Below, piece by piece: positions 1 to 12,308 of a DNA stretch of 64,000 bases (its first letter is position 1; every line of letters starts with the position of its first letter). A model generated the notes under the pieces. That model was not told the origin of the DNA. It worked only from the letters and a program-made list of their open reading frames with translations, and did no database searches. The translations under genes were made by a program, and so were the position numbers. Source of the DNA: Cirrosporium novae-zelandiae (taxonomy: Eukaryota); NCBI GenBank assembly GCA_026023565.1, contig JAPETS010000018.1, positions 310,001 to 374,000 on the forward strand, written 5' to 3'.

Positions 1-347
1 AACATACCATCTCAAGACCCTGAAGCTATGCAAGATTCATGTCCTACGTGAACCTATACTTTGGTACTAAACAAGTCCAATACCTGCCCACCAAAACGTT
101 ACACCCACCCCCCCAAGGTAAGGAACGCTTCTAACTGACCATTCAAAACCACAAATAAATAGAAGCTCGTTCCTCAGATTTGTTCTAGCATCTTCCTGAA
201 TTTGTATTACTCCGATAACATGATCGTGGTGGCAATTTGTTTCAAGCACCAAGCCGGTTTTAATCTATTTTGGCCCTGAACACTTTTCTTATGATCTCAA
301 AGCTTGCCTGGTTTTATATTAAGACCCTTTGCAGTTTTAATTTCGAT

Positions 348-1586
348 ATGCACATTCAACTTGAGAGACACCAATACAACCACCGTCGAGATGTTTGGAA
401 GGAATCCCCCATTCTTACAGGCTCAACAGCCTTTGAGCCACTGCCAACCATGAAGAATATTCTTGTCACCGGTGGTGCTGGATTCATGTGAGCTCTATCA
501 CACTCTGCTGGTCCAATGATCCAAACTGACTCCTCATCCAGTGGAAGTTGGATGGCCCGTCACCTAGCCACTGTCTATAAGGACTACTACAACATTATTG
601 TCCTGGATAATCTAGACTACAACTCGTCTATTAACAATATCCGAGCTCTAGAGGGAGCCAGGAACTTCAAATTTGTCTATGGCGACATTACAAAAACCGA
701 GGATGTCATGTCATGTCTTCTCAAGTACCACATCGATACTATCCTCCACTTCGCAGCAAAATCATGTGTCGATGACAGCTTTCGCGATGCTTGCCTTTTC
801 ACGACGGTCAATGTCTTTGGTACACAGGTGCTACTGGACTGCTCCCGGAAGCTAGGCATCACGAAATTCATTCATGTTTCAACTGATGAAGTCTACGGGG
901 AACCAAATGGAAAGGATAGTCCAGCTATTGAAAGTAGTGTATTATCTCCGACAAATCCATACTCGGCAAGCAAGGCAGCAGCGGAGATGATTGTGAATTC
1001 TTACAAGAAAAGTTTCAACCTTCCTATTATTATCACAAGATGCAACAATGTCTATGGCCCTCATCAGTTCCCTGAAAGTATGTTACTGGGTCACTTGCCT
1101 TGAAATTATCCTAACCAAGATCCAGAGGTTGTTCCGCGGTTTTCCCTACTGCTCCTGAAGAGGAAGAGGGTTCCAGTCATGGGAGACGGCACCCACATAA
1201 GGAACTACCTGTACGCTGGGGATGCCATCAACGCATTTGATACGATCCTCCACAAGGGAATCGTCGGTGAAACCTATAACATTGTAGCAGAAGACGCATC
1301 TTCAACCAGAGGAATTTGTTCCCGCTTACTGAGATCCTTGGGTATATCTTGCGATACAGACTACGACCTCGAAAGCTGGATCAGATATGTTGAAGACCGA
1401 CCATTCAACGACCACCAGTACCTATGCAGCGGACACAAACTAAGAGCCTTGGGGTGGAAGCCACGAACGAAGCTGGATGATGGACTCAGGATTACCATTG
1501 ACTGGTACAAGCGATTTGGAGAACAGTGGTGGGGTACCATTCCCGAAGTAACATATCTGGATGGATGGACGCCCAAGTTCTCATGA
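348..1586 (+). CDS. UDP/dTDP-glucose 4,6-dehydratase (extended SDR; nucleotide-rhamnose synthesis), 3 exons
   Basis: NILVTGGAGFIG Rossmann motif restored by splicing intron 488-541 (GTGAGC..CTGAC..CAG). Also HFAAKSCVD, HVSTDEVYG, YSASK catalytic motif and RCNNVYGPHQFPEK across intron 1078-1125, plus DRPFND. Start is either ATG 348 or ATG 450. Confidence 0.92.
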
Positions 1587-3166
1587 AGAACACCGCTCAT
1601 TGTTTTTTTCACGAGGGAATCTTCTACGCCCCTCCGAGATCTCCACCGGGCCCTCTCTTGACCAACACATCACATTCCTCAACCACTTCCGATCTATCCT
1701 CCGACCAACATCCGATGGTCATTGACCTATCAACCAAAACGAAACGAAAACCGAAGACAGTTCAAATCACCCAGAACGCATTCAATAGGAAGCACAAGTT
1801 AGTCAAGTTTTTAACAACGAGAACAGCAAGCTGAGAGGGGAAAAAATAGCGATGAACAAGCATTCATTCAATATCTCCCAAAAAGATAATATCTACACCC
1901 CACCCCCCCCCCCTTTTCAATACCCAAAAAGAAGCATTAGAAAACCGGGGGGCCTACTCTACCCGGGATATACACTACACACACATGCATATATGTATAA
2001 CCCATGATAACTAGATTTAATTTCCATAGATGTATTTTTATTCTTTATTCGGATAATATGCTAGAAATAGAATATAAATCCCTAATTAATATTATTATCT
2101 GAAGGGTTTGTGGGTCTCTGTTTGAATGGATGTTGTGTTATTGTTTTGTTGTATGTACGTATTCATTTATATATCCATCACCCTTTGACATCTTGACATT
2201 AATTACTAGTTATGAACTACTTATCACAAAAAAAAAGGGGGGGGGGGTTCGGGGGGCTTAGCTAGCCAACTTAAAAATCCATCACCAATAACAACAAAAA
2301 CCCAACGTTGGTTTTGCTCACCTAACTCGCACACATACATGCACACACATACCCACCGAGTTCTTCATCCCATCCCATCCACATCCCATCTTAGGTCCAC
2401 CAACCATCCCACATCCCACATCCCAGAATAAGCATATATAGACATAATCCCAACAACCCCTCCCCCCCCCCTTTTCCCCACCTCTCTTCTTTTTTAATAT
2501 CCACATCCAACCCAACCCAACCCTAAAAAGAAAAAAAGAAAAAAGAAAAAAGAAAAAAAAAGACAGAGGTTATATTCTCATCTTCTCTCTCTCTCTCTCT
2601 CTCTTCCTTCCCAAACCAAAAAAAAATTTCAGAAAATCTTTCCGTACTGTACTGTACTTAGATATTTAAAGATGATTTACTTAGGTTAGGTTAGGTATAC
2701 ACAGTAGGGTGTTATGGTGGTACTGGGTTATAGACGATACTTGTATGCATGTATATATGTAATAGTTAGTTGTGAACACACATTTAAAAAAAAAAAAAAA
2801 AAAAAAACTCCATGAATGCAATACACGAACGTATATATTTTCAAAACTAAGCTACCTGCGCCATTACATATATCCTGGCTCCGGTCCAGCCTAATCCAGT
2901 CCGGTCCAGCCTTGATTTATTTATTCCCCCCCCCAAGACGCAAAATAGGAAAGAAAAAACAGCAGCGTAAAAGGGCAGTGAATCGATGTCACAAACATCA
3001 CCAAAATCCAACAAAAGAAAAACCCCTCCCCGCTTATGTTTCTGTTTTCTTTATTTCTTTCCTTATTGCATATCATAAATCCGATCCAATCCAACCAACC
3101 CACAGGGTTAATAAAAACCTGAATAAATATTATGATTATTTATCTCCAACTGCGACCCTTTTTCGT

Positions 3167-5761
3167 TTAAGCGGGGGTGCAGGTGCAGACCTGGCCGGCG
3201 CCGCCGAGGGTGCTGGTGGCGCCGGTGGGATAGACGGTCTGGGTGACTGTTACGGCAGTAGCAGTGACGGTGTAGTACTGAGTGATGGTGGTGGCGGATC
3301 CGGTGCCGACGACGGCGGTAGAGGCTGCGCCGGTTGCGGTTTGGATGGTGGTTGCTCCAGAGTCAGAGCCAGAGCCGGTACCAGTAAGAGTCATAGTGGT
3401 GACGCTTGTGAAGGTGGAGGCGACTGGGGTGGCGCCGGTGCCGGGGATGGTGATGTAGCTAGTATAGGCTGTGGTGTAGTAGGAGGTGTATGCGCTTCCA
3501 GCGCCGGTTCCGGTGGGGGAGCCGGCGGTAGAAACGGACATTGAGGGGATAGAGCCGGTGCCAGCGGGGGCCGAGGTGGAGACGGCAGCTGCTGAGGTGG
3601 GGAATGTGGGGACAGCCATGGAACCTGTGCCAGAGGGCATCATTCCGGTGGCAGTGATGACGGCAGAGGAAATGATGGTGGAGACCGAGGGGGATGATCC
3701 GCCAGCTCCTGTGATGGTGGTGTAGCTGGTGTAGGCTGTGGTATAGTATGAAGTATAGTACGAAGTGTAGGCATTTCCGGTTCCGGTAGCAGCACTGCAA
3801 GGGACAACTGTTGTAGAAACAATGGTGGAGACCGAGGGAGCTGAGCCAGCGGTTCCAGTGATGGTGAAATAACTGGTGTAGTATGACGTGTAAGAACTTC
3901 CGGTTCCGGCAGGAATGCTACCGGTGCCTGCGGGAGCGGTTGAGACTGCGGCTGCAGAAGTTGGGAGAGTTGAGAATAGAATTGGAGTGGTTGAGCCTGA
4001 TGGAACATAGCCAGTGCCAGACGGAATAATACCGGTTCCTGATGGAAGTTCACCAGTTCCGGATGGAATAACGCCAGTTCCGGATGGAATAACGCCAGTT
4101 CCGGATGGAATAACGCCAGTTCCGGATGGAATAACGCCAGTTCCGGATGGAATAACGCCGGTTCCTGATGGGATAACACCAGTTACAGAGGGTATAGAAC
4201 CGGTGCCGGATGGAATAATGCCAGTGCCAGAAGGAATAACGCCGGTGCCGGATGGAATATAAGATGAGACCGAGCCGGTAGGGACCGCACCTGTTGACTC
4301 AGCGTCGGCTGAAGATGGCAGAGCGGAAGAAGGCAAAACGCCAGTGCCCGAAGGAGCAACGCCAGTGCCGGATGGGGTATAGCTCATTTCTGGGCCAGAT
4401 GGGAAGACCGAACCGGTTGGGTAGACTGAACCGGGGAGAGAGATAGAGGGGAAACCAGCAGTGCCAGATGGGAGGCCAGTAGCAGACATGATCGATGAGC
4501 TTGAGCTGCCGGTGGTAACACCGGAGCCACAGGAGCAGCCGGTCAACCAGTAGATAATAGTGATTTGAATCTCAACGTCGAGACTGACGCAAAGGGAGCT
4601 GGTGATGAATGCGGCAAGTTCAGCGCGGGCTTCAAAAGACAAAGCCGCAGCAGTCTGTGCACCACCACATACACCAAGGGCACCGATAAGAGTAGAGCTA
4701 AGGCCAGCAGATGCAGAGCCAGAGAGGAAAGTCTGGATAATGGTAATAACTTCGGTACTCAAGATCACACCGGTGGATACGGTCTCGGTCACTGTGACAC
4801 CAATAGACAACCAAACGATGACAATAGCTCTCAATTCTGCTGAAAGAGAGCAGGATGAGGACGCCAGGAAAGCGGATAGGGATGCAGAGGCGGAAACAGA
4901 CAAAGTCGAGGCAGCCTTGCCTGAAGCACAGGCAGAAAGAGCGGCATGGACGTCAGCAGAGAGGCTTGCACCAACAGATCCGGAGAGGAAGACCGAAAGT
5001 GTCTTTTGTACAGACACGTCGAGAATGCCGGCAGCAGATAGACTACCCTCAATGATAGCACCGATAGAGGCAGAGGTAATAGCAGTGACGCCAGCAGAGC
5101 CAGAAGAAATGACATTTCCTCCAATTGTTCCACTTAACCAAGCCTTGATGGTAGCCTGGAGGGAAGCAGAGAGTGGGCAGCTGGAAGCCGAAAGGAAGGC
5201 CGAGAGTGCAGCCTTGGCGTCGGCCGACAAAGAGCTAGCGACACCACCGGCAGCACAAACTTGGAGCGAGGCTTTGATGGAGACTTCAATTTTAAGGGAT
5301 GCCTTGATAATGGCGCTGAGAGATGCACGAGCAGAGGCGTCGAGAATCGCAGAGACACCAACAGCAGCCTCGGCGGTTATAATTCCAGTGGAAGTACCAA
5401 CCCAGCCACCCTTGGCTGCAGCCTCAGCGCTCACAGCCAGGTATTTCGAAAGAATTTCCAAGACCTCGGCGGAGAGCGTGGTGCTTCCAGAACCCGAGCA
5501 CCATCCCTTGACTTCAGAGACGACGGTGAAATCAAGAGACAATGCACCAGCGGTAGAGATCCATTGCTTCAAAGCGGCTCTTGCGCTGGCGTCGACGTCG
5601 GTATAAGCGGCTCCGACTGCACAAGCTTCAAAAGCAGCAGCCCCTTTTGGTGCGAGCCCGTTGAAGAGAGAGATAGAGACAGTGTTGGGCATGGATGCTC
5701 CGATTGGACTGGAGAGAGCGGCAGTCGCCCAGAGGGCCAAGAGGACGAATTTCTTGAGCAT
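3167..5761 (-). CDS. Secreted Ala/Ser/Thr/Gly-rich repeat protein, probable cell-wall glycoprotein
   Basis: 864-aa ORF with a signal-peptide-like N-terminus (MLKKFVLLALWATAALS). It contains Cys-bearing Ala-rich repeats (C..G....LS....A.L.AFL.SS.C.L), PSGTGVI heptad repeats and YTSYYT blocks, and ends VCTCTPA. Confidence 0.85.
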   Translation of the reverse strand: MLKKFVLLALWATAALSSPIGASMPNTVSISLFNGLAPKGAAAFEACAVGAAYTDVDASARAALKQWISTAGALSLDFTVVSEVKGWCSGSGSTTLSAEVLEILSKYLAVSAEAAAKGGWVGTSTGIITAEAAVGVSAILDASARASLSAIIKASLKIEVSIKASLQVCAAGGVASSLSADAKAALSAFLSASSCPLSASLQATIKAWLSGTIGGNVISSGSAGVTAITSASIGAIIEGSLSAAGILDVSVQKTLSVFLSGSVGASLSADVHAALSACASGKAASTLSVSASASLSAFLASSSCSLSAELRAIVIVWLSIGVTVTETVSTGVILSTEVITIIQTFLSGSASAGLSSTLIGALGVCGGAQTAAALSFEARAELAAFITSSLCVSLDVEIQITIIYWLTGCSCGSGVTTGSSSSSIMSATGLPSGTAGFPSISLPGSVYPTGSVFPSGPEMSYTPSGTGVAPSGTGVLPSSALPSSADAESTGAVPTGSVSSYIPSGTGVIPSGTGIIPSGTGSIPSVTGVIPSGTGVIPSGTGVIPSGTGVIPSGTGVIPSGTGVIPSGTGELPSGTGIIPSGTGYVPSGSTTPILFSTLPTSAAAVSTAPAGTGSIPAGTGSSYTSYYTSYFTITGTAGSAPSVSTIVSTTVVPCSAATGTGNAYTSYYTSYYTTAYTSYTTITGAGGSSPSVSTIISSAVITATGMMPSGTGSMAVPTFPTSAAAVSTSAPAGTGSIPSMSVSTAGSPTGTGAGSAYTSYYTTAYTSYITIPGTGATPVASTFTSVTTMTLTGTGSGSDSGATTIQTATGAASTAVVGTGSATTITQYYTVTATAVTVTQTVYPTGATSTLGGAGQVCTCTPA
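4053..4157. repeat. Coding minisatellite: 5 perfect 21-bp units CCAGTTCCGGATGGAATAACG, with degenerate copies on both sides
   Basis: Read directly; encodes (VIPSGTG)n on the minus strand. Confidence 0.95.
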
Positions 5762-8370
5762 AATGAATGTGGATGACCAATGCTGGTCGTGTAAATGATG
5801 GTGTGTGAATAGTACTGTTCTAGAAAAAAGAATGTGTGAAAGAACTGGACGAAAAAGGACTGGATAGCTGAAGGATCAACTGGATGAGGAACAAGAAAGG
5901 AAACAGGAAAGTGGTTTTATAATAAACCGAACACAACATGCAGATCCGGGTTATCCATCAACTAATGGAATCACATTTTTTTCAGAGCAGGAGATATTTT
6001 GGGAAAGCACCGTGAAAGTTCTTGCACAGCATGCATGCCTCACCAGGATTCGAGGTTTTCTGGACTGTTTCAATGAGGCTAAGGGTTTCCCAGTAGGATC
6101 ATCATTATAGGGACGGATGGAGCCGTCCCAAATGGGTCTGCTTATGGTCCATTGTAGTAGTTGATGGGAAGTCATGGAAGAAGGGTATAGAGAGTAGAGA
6201 CGATGAAACGGGAATGTTCAGGTTGATGGACCACTACCGTGCGGCTACCGGTCGGCTGCTTACTGCCGAAATTAAATAAAGAGAAGCTTAATTTTATGGG
6301 GTAAGCAAACTAATCTTGAAGAGATATAAGACTGGTTGGAAATTAAGGGGAAGCTTTGGAAGGTCATTGAAGGGACTCTTCCATGTCAGGTCTGGATGAG
6401 CGTTTTAGTAAGATCGGCGAAAAGGTGACCGGAAAAGTTGAACGAGCCTCAACTCTCCATCAGGTAATTTAAGCCTCATTTCCCGTTAGACTCTTTTTGA
6501 ATCATCCTTGTAAGCCAGTTCACATGATCCCAAAATAGGTTTCTTTTCTTTCCCGTTATGTCCGACGCAACACCGAACCGGAGAACGGTACTGTGCGGTA
6601 TCCGAGGTAAGGTATTTACATCCCTCGTCCCTGATTATTTCGGACAAACAATTGGTCCTTGGAGTCATTTTTTATCCTTCAAGATGGCGACAGAGGTACT
6701 GTACCTAGGTGGTGAGTTACACAAGTTCCTCTTAGTACAAATTGTCTTTTTGCCCAAACCGATCCTACGACTAAGACTGCAAACTGATTTCAAAACAGAA
6801 TCTGAAACCTATTATCCTTACCGTGTTAGTTGGTCTGTTCTTTAGTCGCCAACTCAACCACACGACTAACTGAAAATCCATCATCATCGCATCCTCGACC
6901 TTCCTATTAAGCTTAAGTCTAGGCTGAATCCTTCTCCCGGCTTGATCTTCTCTCTCCAATATATAGATGGGTTTCCTGAGATGAGCTACCAACGAACTAT
7001 ACAGCCCCCATATACTATTCTCTGACCTCGCCTACCATCAATCGCGTTAGATGTCGTCGTCTGCTTACAAATTCGTCATATCATAGTCTTGGTGGTCCAG
7101 ACAATTATCGAGTGGTCCTAGTTGAAGGAAGAAGAAGAAGAAGAAGAAGAAGCCATTTCATTTTAGACGATATTATTCTCTTACTCGGCTTTGGGCTCAT
7201 CCTGCTGCTCTCTACATCCTTTTGTCCATCTCATTACTCTTCATTGAAAGCAAACGTAAACATACTCTACCAAACATGGATGATCAGGTTATCTACTACC
7301 TTATTAGAGTGACCGTAAATAGGGTGCACCACTAGCTATATCACGTCCTCGGTTGAATTCGTTCAAGTCCTAAAGGCTACTAGTCAATTGCAATTTCAAC
7401 TAGTTATGCACCATCTCCTTTCTTTCAAATGTTTTCAGCACCCAGAAACAGACACTATATAGAGTCAACATACCCCATCACCCTCTCCACTATTTCTTAC
7501 CTCCACCTCATCCAACCTCTAGCCCCCCACAACTCATATCAACAAATTCATTGTCCCATAGCCTCCTATTGTACCAATCTGTCAAAATAATGGCCTTGGG
7601 AGCCTCAGAATGGGCACCAGTATTAACAAGCATGTGTATGTACGGTATATATAAGCCAGCAGTGGGTCTCATAGACAGACTCTCCAGATTCCGTACAAAT
7701 ATGTCATCCAGAAATAAAGAATTCCCATCCTCTATCTATATCTATTCATATCCAATTAATTATTAGGATCCTCGAGTTTTGGTCCTTGAGTAGGTAAATA
7801 GGTTAATTAAGTAGATGGTTAGATTAGATTAGATAAAATAAAAAAATTTAATAAAAAAACCCCCACACTAACTCCACCTCCAACTTCCAACTCTAGATAA
7901 TTATCTCTACTGAGGATGTCATAACCATAACATCGTAACAAACGGAATAAAATAATCACGTAGCCCACAAAACCGCGATTAAGCAGGACTGGCCCCTTGA
8001 TTTATTTATTTCCCTACTACTAAAATCCCATTATTTACGGAGAAAACATCTTCATAATTAATTCGCTTCTTCGCTTTTGTCGTGCGGGAATATGTACAGT
8101 AGGAAGGGAGGTTATTATATATTTCCTTTTGTGATCGATCGATCGATTTGATTTATTTGTTGGCTGGTTGTCTAATTAAAAGAAATTGAAATTCAGTTGA
8201 GCCCGTGATGATTATTTGGTGACATGTTTTTATTACCCACCCACCTACTCACCTACCTACCCATCCACAGTCATTGGACTAGTGGATATAATAAGGACGG
8301 TTACTTGAGACAGTACTTACTTTATAGATTCTTTCTCAGTACTAGTATTATTAACTATTTACTACAAACC

Positions 8371-8401
<31 letters not shown>

Positions 8402-8418
8402 CTACTACTACTACTACA
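8371..8418. repeat. Compound microsatellite (ACA)n(ACT)n
   Basis: Read directly in intergenic DNA. Confidence 0.9.
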
Positions 8419-9292
8419 AGATATACAAAATATACAAAATATACAAGATGCAAAAGATCTCACCCTCCCCCTTTTCTTCCCCCAGTCTCTCTGTTATCTA
8501 TTTATTTCCTCCATACCCCTTCTTCTTCCTTTTTCAACTCATTTAATCCACATAATATTACCCCCCCCCCCCCCCAAAAATATACTCTGTAGTGCCCTAC
8601 AAGCTACAACTAGCTACATACAACTTCAGTATCGACAGACTTCTTAAGTAGCAGCAATAAATCCATCCCCTCTTATCATATACACAACTCCATATAAATA
8701 TCAATATCAAGATATATTTTTCTATCTTTTTGCTAATTTCCCGTTTATGAGTGTGTGATATAGATATGGATAAATATTCCATACTTGCACAACAACAACA
8801 ACAACAACAACATCACCACGACTTTTTTGTTTACTATACTTTAATACAAAGCTCCCAGAATCCATCTTGCCCTTGTCTTGCAATCCGAGGATCCATTTCT
8901 TCATTTCCTTTCCTTTCCCGCCCCGCAATTCCGTTTCAGGTCCACCTCCTTTGCTTGGTTCCTCTCCACCACCATACTTTGTTTTTTTTAAAGAACCATA
9001 CGAGATAGAAAAAAAAGAAAAAGAAGGTATCATGTTAGATCCACGCTCACACTCACCAAAAAGGGAAAAAAAAACGCCAAGTCGCTATCGTTATGGTCAT
9101 AAACGTCCCAGTCAGTCAGCCCAGCAGAAACACATCCAAGAAAACATAAAAGAAAACAACCTGTGAAAGAATGAAGGAATACTGGACCAGACCGGAACCA
9201 GACCATAGGTATCTTATATGATAAAACCATCCTCCCCCAAACTCCCTGCATCCCATTAGAAACGACAATCGGTTCGAACAAAAGAAATGGGT

Positions 9293-11248
9293 CTAGCTTC
9301 TGTATGCGGGTGGTGGGGTTGACATTCTGTCCATGACATCACCCCAACCCCATTGTGATTCTCTTGCCTTTGCACCCCCGGGTACTGATGATGCACCTTC
9401 TTCGGTCCTTGTGGACGAAGGATTTCCATTTCTGGCCTTTTCCTTTTCTTCGGCGACTCGTCGGGCCATTTCGCTAGCCATTTTCATCATAAAGGCTTGT
9501 TCGGTGATCGAGACGCCACCACGAGAAGAGTTTAAGAATGGATTAGGTGTTGGTTCGGAGGTATAGGATGGCGGGACAGTAGACGCCGAAGAAGCCGTGC
9601 GGTGCTGGCGATGAGCTTGGCGTGGTGGGGAGAGGAAATATGAGGATTGTGCTTTCTCGGGTAAATGTGGTCGAGGGAACGCTGATGGGTCAACAGAGAC
9701 TGATTGGGGTTCCTGGGCCTGGAAACTGCGTTCCCAATTCTGCATAAAGCTTGGAAATTCCGATTCCTGTATCGTTGGTATTTCTACCGTGGGTAATTCC
9801 TCATCGCCTCCTTTCTCGTTCGAAGCTGTAAACCTACTGTCTATAGGACTCTTCGGGGGTGTTGTAACCTCGCCATTTTCATTCTCGTTCTCTTCTGCGA
9901 TGACGTCATGCTCCACCGACGAAGTCGCATTTTCTGTAGCATTGGAGAAAGTACTATCGCCACTGACACTCATAGTATCCTTTTCACTTTCACCGACATT
10001 GTCGGTAGAACGTAAACGACGTAGGTTGATAGTTCGATTCTTGCGTTTGCGACCACCGTGCGGCTTACCATGCCATCCGGGGTGAAATGAATTTAATGAT
10101 GCGTTTGACAGCGCTGGGCGTGGGGAAGAAGTTGCGCCATCGGAGAATGTATATGTGGTGCTTGTAGCCCCAGAAAGAGATTGTGATCGGGATAATGTAG
10201 GAGGAGATGGTGTTGCAGGTGTTGTTAAGCCTGGACCATCCCCGCGTTCTGCTGCACCGGCCCAAGCACGGTAGATGGCATCACGGATGGAAGGGGTGAA
10301 CAGAGATAGCGTGCTTTGAGAATCTGTGAGGGCGGCGAGACGAAGGAGATTTCTTTGTGAGAATAGAGAATGTGGTTCGGATCCTGCTTCAAGAGAGAAG
10401 GAGTCTGTAGGATCAAGTAAATGTCCGCAGGAGTCGACTGGGTCCGAAGGAGGGGTTGCAAGTGGGTCGATACCCTCTTCCTGGCTGCTTTTCTCCTCTT
10501 CGCGGGCCTGCATTAGGTTTTCTTGCTCCCGATATTCTGGAACCCATAGTCGAAGCGAAAGTCGATGAATAATTCCAGGTAGTTCGTCCATAAAGACGGT
10601 CCGCAGCTGCTTGTCGATGGTTTTCTGTAGGTAGTCGCGGACGAACGGGATGGAATCAAAGGTAGATGAAACTTTGACAGACTCTAGAGGATCATTGCGG
10701 AAGACAAGAGTTATGCCCTTTTGTCTGGAAAAAACTAGGATTATAAAGGCCGATAGCTTGATATTAGAGAGCGTAAGTTGAATCGGGATTGTGAGACCCG
10801 ACCTTCGCATATGGTTAGAAGAGATATTATGCTATCGTTTGATACGACTTACGCTGCTGCCAAAGGTTCTGGAGAAGCAAAGTTGGGCTTGCCGGAGAGG
10901 TAGGTATTGAGGGGATTGAGCTACACATAAAACCAGTCAATCAAAAGCTAGCGATAGCGAACCATCAACAAAATATCTTACCTGAACGCGAGTTTTCAAC
11001 GTCATGTATGCATCTCCATTATAACACATTTTGAAGATACCACGAAAGCGATCTTCGGCCAAATCTCCAATTTCCAAAATCTCCAGGTCCGGTGGTACCG
11101 AACCCAAATTCAGTTCCGTCACCAATATATCATCGACGATAATGGGGGGTTTGGGATATTTATTTAGGGCCCCAGTTAATAGCTCTCTCGCTCGAGTGTA
11201 AAAGGACGAGTCAGCCGTGAGCGGCGACCAATTGAAATTAAAAGCCAT
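9293..11248 (-). CDS. MDM34: Mitochondrial distribution and morphology protein 34 (ERMES complex, SMP domain), 3 exons
   Basis: [10 protein letters not shown]...[43 protein letters not shown] and [28 protein letters not shown] are typical of Mdm34. Introns at 10981-10921 and 10852-10803; C-terminal PPPAY. Confidence 0.95.
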
Positions 11249-12308
11249 AGCTATATATTTCTCACGGCGGAGACATTCGAGCGGATAGGAAGCGACGCCG
11301 AAGAGGTAGACGGCGACGACGAGCACGGGGGGCCAAGGAGTAGATTCGGGTGGATCTATGTGGACGATAAGGAAGAGAGAAGGATTGATCGCGTGGAGAA
11401 AGTTGCGAGTGTGTGGGTGTGCGAGTATCTCGTGATGATCAAGGAAACTTTGTATCGTACATTCATTCAAGGAAGGAAAATCAAGTGGGCAGGATGATGA
11501 GGATGAATGAAGGATGAAGGGATGCGCGTGAATAGCAAAGATGAAATTATTAACGAGTAAAAATGTCCGTAATCCAGAGAGGAGAGGGAGAAGCAAGTAT
11601 GTTGTTGATACTTGAATGTGTGAATGGGACTGAATGAGGGAATTGGATGAATTGGATGAATTGGATGTGTTCTTCTTCCTGATCCTTGGGAACCCGAAAA
11701 GCGGCAGAATTCGTCCAAGTCGAAGAAATCAGAACGGGGATGACCGCCTAAGGCAGAAGTTCTTTTCTACAGGGAATGGTCTAGAGAAACGTCATTTTCT
11801 TTGGTTATCGGACTCGACCGTCCAATGGGAAAAGTCGGAAAACTTGAAGACCTAAAATCCATTAACCCTACCACCCTCCACCCTCTTTACGACCTGTTCC
11901 GGTCCTGCAGTAACTACAATCTACTTAGGTACACAATTTATGCATGAACCCTTCCCACCGACTCCTCCTCACAGTTCTTCCACTTTTTACTCCTTCTTCT
12001 CACTTCCTCTCCTTTCTTTCTCTGTTTCGAAACCCCTTTAGGCAATTTAGGGTTTAGGGTAAGGGCAAGTGTGTGGGGATCATCATTGTTGATTAGCATT
12101 AGGGTTTGACTTTGTTTCAGTCACAGTCACCCACCAGCCTCCCCCTCACGATAACAAGAACAAGCATATCGATGTATTCGTGTATCCAAACTAACGATCC
12201 AGGTATCATTCAAAATCACTCCCCTATGCTATGCAATCCCAAAAAACAAATTCCAAAACATTCACCATCTTTCCGTAAGGGTATATCCTAGAACCAAACA
12301 TATACGTG

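Noticed and set aside
2816..3544. 242-aa Gly-rich ORF
   Set aside because: Starts in low-complexity intergenic DNA and runs antisense to the 3' end of the cell-wall gene.
4602..5606. 334-aa plus-strand ORF (and others) antisense to the cell-wall gene
   Set aside because: Shadow ORFs expected from the Ala/Ser/Thr codon bias of the real minus-strand gene; no motifs.
6400..7320. Short ORFs and splice-like signals upstream of the cell-wall gene
   Set aside because: Could not assemble a coherent gene model or recognise any homology.
12046..12108. TTAGGG-like hexamers
   Set aside because: Only 2-4 imperfect, scattered units; too few to call an interstitial telomere.
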